64,000 nt of DNA from an uncultured virus (IMG/VR IMGVR_UViG_3300031943_000020) (IMGVR_UViG_3300031943_000020), one strand, 5' to 3'. Shown: positions 1 to 8,497, counted from the stretch's first letter. The notes: generated from the letters alone by a model not told the origin. Numbers and translations: made by a program.

Positions 1-1
1 C

Positions 2-91
2 GCCGAGGACTACCCAACGCTGGTAGTGCGGCTGCGCGACTTGCTCGAGAAGGAATTGGCCACCCTGACTGCGCCACCGAAGGGCAAGTAA
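2..91 (+). CDS. 3' end of an upstream gene (truncated by window edge)
   Basis: Open frame AEDYPTLVVRLRDLLEKELATLTAPPKGK* ends at TAA 89-91, abutting the next ATG. Confidence 0.5.
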   Translation, partial: AEDYPTLVVRLRDLLEKELATLTAPPKGK

Positions 92-241
92 ATGGGGCTC
101 CTCCTGCTCATCGTGTTGATCGTCCTGCTGGTTGGTGGTCTACCGACCTGGGGCTATCATACGTATAGCTGGGGGCCTTCCGGTATTGTAGGTATTGTAC
201 TTATTGTGGTGATCATTCTCTTCCTGATGGGGCGGTTGTAG
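92..241 (+). CDS. Small membrane protein, DUF3309-like (49 aa; missed by ORF track)
   Basis: MGLLLLIVLIVLLVGGLPTWGYHTYSWGPSGIVGIVLIVVIILFLMGRL; the GGLPxW..GPSG pattern between two hydrophobic segments is typical of DUF3309. Confidence 0.8.
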   Translation: MGLLLLIVLIVLLVGGLPTWGYHTYSWGPSGIVGIVLIVVIILFLMGRL

Positions 242-253
242 CCCAGAGGCCCT

Positions 254-1297
254 ATGGCGAGTAGCGTCAATGCGCAGATTGCCGATCAGATGACGGAGCG
301 CTTGCTTCAGGTGCAGCGTGTAGCGACCGGCCTGCGTCTCGACGTGTGGCGGCAATTGACCGTCCTTGAAGCCGATATCCTTGCGCTCCTCAAGATGAGT
401 GATCCGACTGACGAGACGCTCCTCCGTGCCCGTCGCCGGGCCATCGAGAGCCTGATGGACGAGGAACTCGATTCGCTGATACGTCATCGCTATAGTGCGC
501 TCGCGGCCTTGCTCACGGCAGCGCTGCTCCGTCTGGCCCGGCAGGAAGCGGGTATCGTGCAGGATATCGTCAATGCGGCTACAGGCGAAGCGACGCTCCC
601 AGCGTTACCCTCTGAGGCAGCACTCAGACGCGGCGTGACGGAGACACTCATTCCGACACCACAACGGCCTACTGATCTCAGTGCTGTCGGTGCCGAGTGG
701 TGGGAGCGGCAAGGGCAGAGCCTCGGTCAGCGGATACGCGATTCGCTGCTCGTCGGCGTCAGCCTGGAGGAGTCACTCACGCAACTTACGGCACGCATCA
801 AAGGCACCAGTGACAACGCCTTCGAGGATGGGATTATGGCCAGGGCACGTACCGATGCGGCGACCGTCGTGCAAACGCAAGTCACCAATGCGGTAGGGGA
901 AGCCCATGTGGCTACGGCGATGCGGAATGCTACCCCTCAGCTTATCATTATTCATACTAGTATACTTGACAGTAAAACTAGCACCATATGTTTGGCCAGA
1001 CATGGGCTCCGCTTTACCGCCGATACCCATGAACCGCTCGGGCACAGCATTCCCTATCTTGGTGGCGTCCCTTATCACCCAAATTGTCGTAGCTCTTTTC
1101 AACCAGGTGTGCGTGATGGTGGCCCTCTTCCTGAGGCGAGCGTCACGGCCTGGCTGAAGCAGCGTACTACCGCCTATCAAGATGCGTTGCTCGGCCCGAC
1201 GCGAGCGCAGATGTGGCGAGCAGGGACGCTGAGTCCGAGGGCGTTGATTGACCATCTGACGGGTAAGCCTTTGACGCTAGAGGAGCTTGGGGCATGA
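254..1297 (+). CDS. Phage minor head / head morphogenesis protein (SPP1 gp7 / Mu gpF family)
   Basis: C-terminal LDSKTSTICLARHG...PYHPNCRSS motif; position before scaffold and capsid. Confidence 0.9.
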   Translation: MASSVNAQIADQMTERLLQVQRVATGLRLDVWRQLTVLEADILALLKMSDPTDETLLRARRRAIESLMDEELDSLIRHRYSALAALLTAALLRLARQEAGIVQDIVNAATGEATLPALPSEAALRRGVTETLIPTPQRPTDLSAVGAEWWERQGQSLGQRIRDSLLVGVSLEESLTQLTARIKGTSDNAFEDGIMARARTDAATVVQTQVTNAVGEAHVATAMRNATPQLIIIHTSILDSKTSTICLARHGLRFTADTHEPLGHSIPYLGGVPYHPNCRSSFQPGVRDGGPLPEASVTAWLKQRTTAYQDALLGPTRAQMWRAGTLSPRALIDHLTGKPLTLEELGA

Positions 1298-1461
1298 GTG
1301 ACCAGACGCCCCAGCAACGCCTCCTCCAGCGCTGGCTCCAGGGTGAGGATGAGGAGTTGCTCGTAGAAACCGAGTGGATTGCAGGGCAGATTGCGCAGGC
1401 CGTCGAGCAGGAGGCGCGTACTGCGATGGAAACCCAGCAACGGGAGGACGATGCCTCATGA
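1294..1461 (+). CDS. Hypothetical protein
   Basis: ATGA overlap with upstream stop; MSDQTPQQRLLQRWLQG... Confidence 0.5.
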   Translation: MSDQTPQQRLLQRWLQGEDEELLVETEWIAGQIAQAVEQEARTAMETQQREDDAS

Positions 1462-1667
1462 TTCCCCGGTTGCAGGTCGAAGTGAGCGTGCCCCGAGCCT
1501 GTTATGAGGCGCTCGGCGATTACCACGCGATCCAGGCCTTCTTGCGCGACGTCGGTGTTTTGTCTCCGCAGGCGCAGGAGATCCGGTGGCGTATGGACGT
1601 CGTCAACGCAGGGTATGTTATCACATACAGCGTGCCCGTGCCGGTGGCCAGACAGGGGCAGTCATGA
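1458..1667 (+). CDS. Hypothetical protein
   Basis: ATGA-coupled on both sides. Confidence 0.5.
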   Translation: MIPRLQVEVSVPRACYEALGDYHAIQAFLRDVGVLSPQAQEIRWRMDVVNAGYVITYSVPVPVARQGQS

Positions 1668-1876
1668 AGGACATCCCTTTCGAGCGGGAGGAGGGCTGGC
1701 CTTCGCTCCGGCCCTGTCCGTTCTGTGGCGAGACCGACCTGCTCCTAGAACTCCACGACGCCTCATATATCACCTGTTGCAATCTGTGCCTGGCGGCTGG
1801 TCCTCCGGCGCCGAGTGCTGGTGCGGCGGTGCGGCGGTGGAATGCCTCACAGACGATGCCCCAGGAGGTGCGATGA
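1664..1876 (+). CDS. Lar-family (restriction alleviation-like) zinc-finger protein
   Basis: LRPCPFCG...CNLCLAAGP...AVRRWN signature of the Lar family. Confidence 0.7.
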   Translation: MKDIPFEREEGWPSLRPCPFCGETDLLLELHDASYITCCNLCLAAGPPAPSAGAAVRRWNASQTMPQEVR

Positions 1877-2103
1877 GTCTCGATCTGCACGTCTGGGCCA
1901 ACCTGGAAGCGCACGGCGTCACCCAGGCCCACCTGGAGATGCTGCTGCGGGCACTGGAGACACAGCGTAATGGCTCGCTGGCGTGGCACTATAGCCATGG
2001 GCAACTCAGCACCTGTGATTTACGTGTAACGATGCCCGCGCATCCTGGAGAAGTGGCACGGGTGAGTGAGGCACTCCTCGACGGCAAGAGCTTGCTCAGG
2101 TAG
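1873..2103 (+). CDS. Hypothetical protein
   Basis: GGAGG RBS, ATGA overlap. Confidence 0.55.
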   Translation: MSLDLHVWANLEAHGVTQAHLEMLLRALETQRNGSLAWHYSHGQLSTCDLRVTMPAHPGEVARVSEALLDGKSLLR

Positions 2104-2112
2104 AGGTGGAAG

Positions 2113-2328
2113 ATGGCTGAGGATCCCTCCATTCGTGACATGACGCTGCCCGAATTGTCCCAGGTCGTCGCCGCCTTGGCCGAGAAGTATCGGGCCTTGG
2201 AGTTGCCGACGCCCGCGCCCAAGGTGACGCTCGAGGATCTCGCCCAGATCCGCGCCAGCCTGCAACGCAGTATTGCCCATCTGGATCGCTTGCTTGTAGA
2301 CTGGGACCAGCAGCGCGGACGGTACTAA
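2113..2328 (+). CDS. Hypothetical protein
   Basis: GAGG RBS; 71 aa helical ORF. Confidence 0.55.
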   Translation: MAEDPSIRDMTLPELSQVVAALAEKYRALELPTPAPKVTLEDLAQIRASLQRSIAHLDRLLVDWDQQRGRY

Positions 2329-2445
2329 GCGACGGTAGTTAAATATGAAAATCATTTTTACATAATTTTTTAATTGCGTAATATAAAAAAAGATCATATG
2401 ATTTCCCAGTTTCTATGGTAGTAATGCCAAGTTATTGGGGGATCT

Positions 2446-3696
2446 ATGGATACAGTAAAGCCGCTCACCGTTCCTGTCCCAGCCATCCAGGGTTATTTTG
2501 GCTCGAAGCTCCTCAGTTTTCAAACACAGCTACGCCCGCAAGATGTGATCGCGGTGCTTGGGCATGACCCGCGCTCTGATCATTGGAAATTGCTTGCTCA
2601 ACCGCTCCGTGAACGCTATGAACACGTCCAACGGGCGACTGACAACCAACGTCGCACCGCCCTCATGGAGTATATTAGTCAACATATTGGAGAAGACGGG
2701 CCTGTTATTGGGGCGTTCCCGGCCATTTGTATTGGGATGACGCAGCCTGCGTTGTTTGAACCCCGCCCGGATGATGCGAGCCTTGGGTATCTCAAATTAG
2801 AAACGGGCACATCGGCATCACGTACCCGCATTCTGTTGGATGGTCTGGCACGAGTGACGGCTGCCTTGACTCTTATTGAGCAGGCAGAGGATGTCGATAT
2901 TGCCGGCGGCTTGCAGGAGATTTTTGCTTTCCCGGTAACCTTCTATGCTCCTATCCGTGGCACGCTGACACTCGATGAACTCGGGCAACTGTTTTACGAT
3001 TTCAACTATCTGCAAAAACGCATCTCCACCCAGCATGCCATTGCCCTCGACCAGAGTGATCTCTATATTCGCCTCACGAATCAGCTTGGTGAGCAGGGCG
3101 TCCTGAAGCGGTATGGCGGGATGGATATGCGTGCGGCGAGTCTCGGGAAAAACAGCAAGGCCGTTGTTGTACAGAAGGTGTTACTGCGTTTTGTGCGCGG
3201 GGCCTGTGAGGGTTGGGCTTTCCAGCAAAGCAATCGCGCCTCGACAGACAGCCCGCATTTAACCCCATCGACGTATGCCACTATTGCGCAGCAACTCGAT
3301 ACGTACCTAGCTGATGTCAGCGCCAACATGGGGGAAACGCGCTTTACGGACCGGGATTCCCTGCACCTCACCGCTCCAGGGTGGCAGGTACTTGGCTTGG
3401 TGTTTCATGATCTCATTCTCCACCTGCATGCCGCCCCTTCGACCATGGGAACGGTTATTCAACGCCTCGCGGCTATTGACTGGAGCCGCTTTAACCCCGA
3501 GTGGATTCCCTATTTAGGCGAAGCGGAAACGCATAAGGTGACGGGATTGCCGGTACAAGATGCTCAAGGTCATGCCCGCGTAAAGATCACGCGCCTTGGA
3601 GCCGAGGGTATTAAGCGGTTACGCGATTATGTCTATGATAGAACGGGACTGACAGTCCTTACGGCAGATCTGGAAAAAGAAGGGAGAGCGGCCTAA
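2446..3696 (+). CDS. DndB/DGQHR-domain family protein (ParB-like fold)
   Basis: HVQRATD..RR, FPAICIG, ILLDGLAR (DGQHR-equivalent) and QLFYDFN motifs; preceded by an AT-rich intergenic tract. Confidence 0.7.
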   Translation: MDTVKPLTVPVPAIQGYFGSKLLSFQTQLRPQDVIAVLGHDPRSDHWKLLAQPLRERYEHVQRATDNQRRTALMEYISQHIGEDGPVIGAFPAICIGMTQPALFEPRPDDASLGYLKLETGTSASRTRILLDGLARVTAALTLIEQAEDVDIAGGLQEIFAFPVTFYAPIRGTLTLDELGQLFYDFNYLQKRISTQHAIALDQSDLYIRLTNQLGEQGVLKRYGGMDMRAASLGKNSKAVVVQKVLLRFVRGACEGWAFQQSNRASTDSPHLTPSTYATIAQQLDTYLADVSANMGETRFTDRDSLHLTAPGWQVLGLVFHDLILHLHAAPSTMGTVIQRLAAIDWSRFNPEWIPYLGEAETHKVTGLPVQDAQGHARVKITRLGAEGIKRLRDYVYDRTGLTVLTADLEKEGRAA

Positions 3697-3723
3697 AAAC
3701 TAGACCTAGTAAACCCTTAAACA

Positions 3724-3762
3724 GTGAATTATTATGACAATAAACATGTCATAATAATTCAC
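3724..3762. promoter_or_regulatory. Perfect 16-bp inverted repeat (operator-like) directly upstream of the methyltransferase RBS
   Basis: GTGAATTATTATGACA-ataaaca-TGTCATAATAATTCAC followed by AAGGAG. Confidence 0.7.
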
Positions 3763-3772
3763 AAGGAGAATA

Positions 3773-4294
3773 ATGGCTAGCGTGGGTCGTCCCAGACTAT
3801 ATCCAGACATTCAGACAACGTGGCGAGAAAATCAACGGACCCATCGAAAGGCTAAACAGGCCCAGATAAAAGTCTACCATCGGAGCAAGCGGGCAGACTG
3901 GGGTACGCCACAAGAGTTTTTCGATCCCCTACACGTTGAGTTTGGCTTTACCCTCGACGTGGCTGCAAGCTCTAGCAATACCAAATGCCTGCGCTACTTT
4001 ACGCAAGCGGACGACGGCTTGCGCCAACCCTGGGCGCCCAACGTGTGCTGGATGAATCCCCCGTATGGACGCGGTATTGAGCAGTGGATAGAGAAAGCCT
4101 ACGACAGCGCCCAAGTAGGGGCGACGGTTGTGTGTCTCGTGAAAGCCACACCCGATACGCAGTGGTGGCATACTTATGCTCCATACGCTGAGATTCGTTT
4201 TGTCGTGGGTCGTCTCACCTTTGTTGGAGCAACGAATCGTGCTCCATTTCCCAGCGCTCTCCTCATTTTTCGCCCCCCGAGAGAGGAGTCGTAA
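3773..4294 (+). CDS. Phage DNA N6-adenine methyltransferase (Dam, PF05869-like)
   Basis: WGTPQEFF..FTLDVAA..WMNPPYGR..VVCLVKATPDTQWW..EIRFVVGRLTF. Confidence 0.9.
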   Translation: MASVGRPRLYPDIQTTWRENQRTHRKAKQAQIKVYHRSKRADWGTPQEFFDPLHVEFGFTLDVAASSSNTKCLRYFTQADDGLRQPWAPNVCWMNPPYGRGIEQWIEKAYDSAQVGATVVCLVKATPDTQWWHTYAPYAEIRFVVGRLTFVGATNRAPFPSALLIFRPPREES

Positions 4295-4295
4295 T

Positions 4296-4499
4296 ATGTA
4301 TACACAACAAGCATGGGTCGTCCTGTGTTCGGTCTGTGGCGGGGGCATGATGTGGGGGTTGCAAGCTCAAGAAGTCCGGTTGATCATGGACCAAGCATTT
4401 GCCAAAACGGGTTACCCTGAGACTTTTGAGATGGGCGATCTAGGCCGGCTCTGTGAAATCGAGTATTGCACGTGTGATGAAAATAAGGAAGTTCAATAA
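4296..4499 (+). CDS. Hypothetical Cys-containing protein
   Basis: Follows dam stop with GAGGAG RBS. Confidence 0.45.
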   Translation: MYTQQAWVVLCSVCGGGMMWGLQAQEVRLIMDQAFAKTGYPETFEMGDLGRLCEIEYCTCDENKEVQ

Positions 4500-4500
4500 T

Positions 4501-4845
4501 ATGGCAACCTTTGTCAAGTTTGATGAAGAGCGTTTTTTGAATATGGACCTCGTGACCCAAGTCTCGTGGGATAGAATCGAGAGGCATTTTCTCGTCTGGG
4601 TCGTTGGACGCCTTGAGCCGTTCATCCTCAATAATGACGAGCGTATTGTCATGAATCTCTATCTAGAGGCCTATGCAAGAGACAACTCTTTTTATTGGCC
4701 TGTGCCAGACAAACAAAGTGATGATGACCATGCGGAACATGACAGTTGTCGGAGAGCCTCTAATTCTTCTGATACGGAGTGCCCCTACTGCCGTGGCGTA
4801 GCATGGAAAGCGAATCACAATACCAACCCTGCGCTAACTGAGTGA
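4501..4845 (+). CDS. Hypothetical protein
   Basis: MATFVKFDEERFLNMDLV...; coupled to upstream stop. Confidence 0.55.
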   Translation: MATFVKFDEERFLNMDLVTQVSWDRIERHFLVWVVGRLEPFILNNDERIVMNLYLEAYARDNSFYWPVPDKQSDDDHAEHDSCRRASNSSDTECPYCRGVAWKANHNTNPALTE

Positions 4846-4852
4846 CACTATC

Positions 4853-5035
4853 ATGTCCCATAACCACCGCGCCGCACCCCTGGACCCGGACACTGAGGCA
4901 AAGATGCGGGCGATCTTTGCCTCCCTCATTCACGATCTGCTCGACGCCATTGATGAGTTTGGCTATGAAGCCGTGTTCTTTGGGGTCGGCTGTGAGGTGT
5001 TCCCGGATGCCGCAGACCCCTGCTGTCAGCCATAG
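4853..5035 (+). CDS. Hypothetical protein
   Basis: 60 aa ORF in operon order. Confidence 0.4.
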   Translation: MSHNHRAAPLDPDTEAKMRAIFASLIHDLLDAIDEFGYEAVFFGVGCEVFPDAADPCCQP

Positions 5036-5165
5036 GGAGGGTTAATGTGAGCCACTCATCTAGCACACGTCGGAGAGCTTCTGCAAAGGTAATCCCTGCC
5101 TGCGCCGCTAGGGCCTCTAGGACCTGTGCTTGTCGATCGGTAAAATATACACTCATCTTTTGCAT
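4926..5165 (-). CDS. Ribbon-helix-helix (CopG-like) DNA-binding protein
   Basis: MQKMSVYFTDRQAQVLEALAAQAGITFAEALRRVLDEWL: beta-strand then two helices; last gene of the array operon; 3' end uncertain. Confidence 0.7.
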   Translation of the reverse strand: MQKMSVYFTDRQAQVLEALAAQAGITFAEALRRVLDEWLTLTLPMADSRGLRHPGTPHSRPQRTRLHSQTHQWRRADRE

Positions 5166-5187
5166 ACAATCTCTCTCTGAGATGTCG

Positions 5188-6440
5188 TTGCCTTGACGGC
5201 CCCGCCCTGACGCGCCCAACCTCACCTCACCAGGCCCATCCCAACCAAGCCGCGACGGCCCTGCCCTACCAGGCCTAGCCTAGCCTTGACAGCCTCGCCC
5301 AACCTCACCCTGACACACCACACCTTGCCTTACCACGACGGCCCCGCCCCACCGAGCCTTGCGATACCCTACCGAGCCCCACCGAGCCCAGCCCCGACGG
5401 CCCTGCCCAGCCGGGCCGTACCTCGCCCAGCCCCGCCCTGCCGAGCCCCGACTGCCTCGACGGCCACACCAGGCCATACCTTGACCTACCAGGCCTAGCC
5501 ACTCCACGCCTCGACAGCCCCGCCGGACCGAGCCTTGACGGCCACGCCAAGACATGCCCTACCGAGCCCTACCGCGCCGAGCCCTGACGGCCATGCCTAG
5601 CCGAAACTTGCCTTGCCATACCCCACCCAGACCCGCCGTGCCTTGTCTTGACTGCCATGCCCAACCACGCCACATCCCACCTTGACCCTCCATGCCTAGC
5701 CACTCCATGCCATGACGGCCCTGCCTTGACATGCCCTACCCTACAGTGCCTTACCTGGCCAAGGCTAGCCTGGCCAAACCACGCCTGGCTGCGACGGCCT
5801 CGCCCTGACTTGCCATGCTGCGCCTGACCTCGACTCACCGGGCCACGCCTCGACGGCCCTGCCATACCCCACCTCACCGCGCCTCACCACGCCTAGATAC
5901 GCCGTGCCATAACGGCCACGCCGCGCCCTACCCGACCTGGACCCGCCTTGCCGGACCTAGCCCCGACTGCCCCGCCGTGCCATGCCTTTCCACGCCCAGC
6001 CATGGCCGCCAGGCCCTACCCAGCCTTACCTGGCCCGGACTCGCCATGCCCGGACAGGCCACGCCTCAACGGCCACGCCCAACCTTACCAGGACATGCCA
6101 AGGCTCACCATACCGGGCCTTGCCTCGACGGCCCCGCCGAACCACGCCGCACCTTACCCTGACACGCCCTACCAAACCGCGCCATGACGGCCTTGCCGTG
6201 CCGCGGCTCACCAAGCCCCACCTTACCGTGCCCCGTTGGGCATCACCATGCCTCGACGGCCCCGCCATACCACGCCTTGCAGCGCCCAACTACGCCTAAC
6301 CACGCCAAACCTAACCATGCCGCGACTGCCAGGCCCTGCCATGACCCGCCATCCCGCGCCTCACCAAGCCTCGACAGCCCTGCCTTACCGCACCCTACCA
6401 CGCCCCGGCGCGCCTCACTACGCCATGACGGCCTTGTCTC
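5188..6440 (-). repeat. Array 2 of phased GGY-NN pentamers; putative guide-RNA array (about 23 units)
   Basis: + strand reads (RCC NN)n; 24 boundary motifs (mostly GACNGCC) from 5195 to 6427, every spacing equals 5n+4. Confidence 0.9.
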
Positions 6441-6442
6441 AC

Positions 6443-6970
6443 CTAGACGGGATGGAGTTGCGCGTCAATGGCAGCGAACAGCTCGCCGAGTTCGTAGAAG
6501 GCCTGATAGCGCCGCCGCCACGCCGCCAATTCCTCCAGTGCGCGTGCAATGGTGGCCTCACGCGCTTCAGCTTCGGACAAGATGCGGGCGACGGGAACAA
6601 AACACTGCCCTCCAGTGCCGTTCTCCGGGCGTTTGTCGATTGGATGAGCAACAAAGGCCTGGATCACCGTCTCGCGCTTTTCTTTGTCCACATAGTACAC
6701 CACGACGCGCTGACAGGCCCCGCGAAGCATCGCCGCTTGTTGGAGTTGGTAGGCCGTGGCCGCCTTGCCCCGATTCCACTCAATCAGTGGGTGCAGCGGG
6801 GAGCTTGGCGGACGCGCCACGTCACGAATCTGCTCGGGGGTAATGTCGCCATACTGGTCATGAATGGCTGCGAGTGCTTCCCCGGCGACTTGCGCCGAGA
6901 CGCCATGGTTGGGAAAGCCCTTGCGCCAGTGATAGGTGATCTTTGCCTCAGTGTCTTGCTGATAAACCAT
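6443..6970 (-). CDS. Accessory protein embedded between the two arrays (conserved-looking phage hypothetical)
   Basis: AQVAGEAL..ITPEQIRDVARPPSSPLHPLIEWN..AATAYQLQQA..ALEELAAWRRRY; GAGAGG RBS. Confidence 0.8.
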   Translation of the reverse strand: MVYQQDTEAKITYHWRKGFPNHGVSAQVAGEALAAIHDQYGDITPEQIRDVARPPSSPLHPLIEWNRGKAATAYQLQQAAMLRGACQRVVVYYVDKEKRETVIQAFVAHPIDKRPENGTGGQCFVPVARILSEAEAREATIARALEELAAWRRRYQAFYELGELFAAIDAQLHPV

Positions 6971-7004
6971 GTGTGCCTCTCTCAGTTATACCCTTATGCC
7001 TAGA

Positions 7005-7752
7005 AACCGTGACGGCCCCACCCGGCCTCGCACTACCAGGACAAGCCTTACCCCGACATGCCCAGCCGCGACGGCCACGCCTGACCTAACCACACCCCGC
7101 CGCGTCCCGCCTCGACGGCCACGCCGTGTCTTACCCAACCGGGCCGCACCATGCCGTACCGCACCATACCAACCCCACCATGCCCCGACTGCCTAGCCAT
7201 GACTACCCTGCCAAGACCTACCTAGCCTGACCCCGACTTGCCCGGCCTTACCATGACAGCCATGCCTTACCCTGCCCACCATGCCCGGACACACCGGGCC
7301 ACACCATGCCTAGCCGCGGCGGCCCAGCTCTACCCCGCCAAACCAAACCCCAGCCGGGCCTTGCCCCACCAGGACTTGCCTGGCCCCGACTGCCCTACCC
7401 GGCCCTGCCGTACCATGCCTCACCCCACCTAGACGCGCCGCACCTTACCACGACAGCCCCGCCTCGACGGGCCTCGCCTTGCCTCACCGCGCCCAACCGG
7501 GCCTCACCACGCCGGGCCGGGACCGCCACGCCGTACCACGCCCTACCCCACCCAGACAGACCCTGCCGTACCACGACGGCCACGCCAAGCCAGGCCAAGC
7601 CATACCTCGCCACACCGCGCCTCAACGGCCTTGCCAAACCACGCCATGCCCACCCACGCCGCACCTCACCACGCCACGCTATGACGGCCACGCCTGGCCT
7701 AACCACGCCAAACCACGCCGTACCGCACCATGCCATGCCTCGACTGCTCTGC
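7005..7752 (-). repeat. Array 1 of phased GGY-NN pentamers; putative guide-RNA array (about 13 units)
   Basis: Starts right after the RAMP-like gene stop; 14 boundary motifs from 7011 to 7742, spacings 5n+4 except three single-nt slips. Confidence 0.9.
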
Positions 7753-7754
7753 CT

Positions 7755-8438
7755 CTACTCGTTCCCTTCTTCATGTTCCGCCACATGAAACCGCCCGTAG
7801 CTTCCATCGCGTTCTGGGCGCCATTCCCCGATCCCTACGCCAAATCCTGCCAGATTAAACAGGTTGCAAATCTGTGAGGCGGAGAACACGGCGATGTTGT
7901 ACTGAATGCGTAGCCGCACGCGCCACGTCTTAAACTCGGCGCGGTAGCGAATATCGGCCGTGCCCATGGCGATCTTCACGGTATCTTCGCGCATGGACGG
8001 CGTGCCCTCGATCTGCACCATCTCGCCTATGACGTGAAAGGCGCCACGGGCTTCGGTCATTTTCAGGCCATCGGTAAAACGACAGGCGGAGACGCCGGCA
8101 TTCTTAAAGGCAATACATGGGAAGCCATACCCGCCGTCGGGGTGAGGATAGAGACTATCCTCATAATCTTTCTGGGGGTCTTTGGCAGCTTTGCCTTCGG
8201 TCGCCCGCTTCATCTGCTTGTCGAGCATTTGCTGCTTGGCTTTCTCGCTCCAGCGGTGGCAGATGAGCGGGGAATCGCCAATCAGCACCAACTCCATCTC
8301 CTGAATGTTGATACGGGGGACCTCGATACGCCCCATGGTCATGGTAGGGCTGGCATCTTTGAGCGTGCCATTGGTTGCAATGCTGCCCTGGGTGTCATCG
8401 GCACGGTCTGTCATAACAGGTGCCTTGCGTGTCGGCAT
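7755..8438 (-). CDS. Cas7/RAMP-like RNA-binding protein (putative effector of the GGY-NN array system)
   Basis: N-terminal strand LIGDSPLICH, GFPCIAFKNA (cf. RAMP IPGSSLKG), C-terminal glycine-rich loop AGFGVGIGEWRPERDGSYGRF; AGGAG RBS. Confidence 0.8.
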   Translation of the reverse strand: MPTRKAPVMTDRADDTQGSIATNGTLKDASPTMTMGRIEVPRINIQEMELVLIGDSPLICHRWSEKAKQQMLDKQMKRATEGKAAKDPQKDYEDSLYPHPDGGYGFPCIAFKNAGVSACRFTDGLKMTEARGAFHVIGEMVQIEGTPSMREDTVKIAMGTADIRYRAEFKTWRVRLRIQYNIAVFSASQICNLFNLAGFGVGIGEWRPERDGSYGRFHVAEHEEGNE

Positions 8439-8497
8439 GAGAATGCTCCTTTACAATATCTTTACTCACATGTTCATCGTGTAGACACAGGAGAGGT

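Noticed and set aside
5280..6440. Many overlapping Pro/Arg/Gly-rich ORFs on both strands
   Set aside because: Artefacts of the GC-rich 5-nt periodic array; the period is not a multiple of 3 and no RBS is present.
5188..7752. Canonical CRISPR array or simple microsatellite
   Set aside because: No 25-40-nt identical repeats with contiguous spacers and no cas1/cas2; variable positions are too diverse and too regularly punctuated for a plain satellite.
6969..7877. Pro/Arg-rich ORFs over array 1
   Set aside because: Same artefact; low-complexity translations of the pentamer scaffold.
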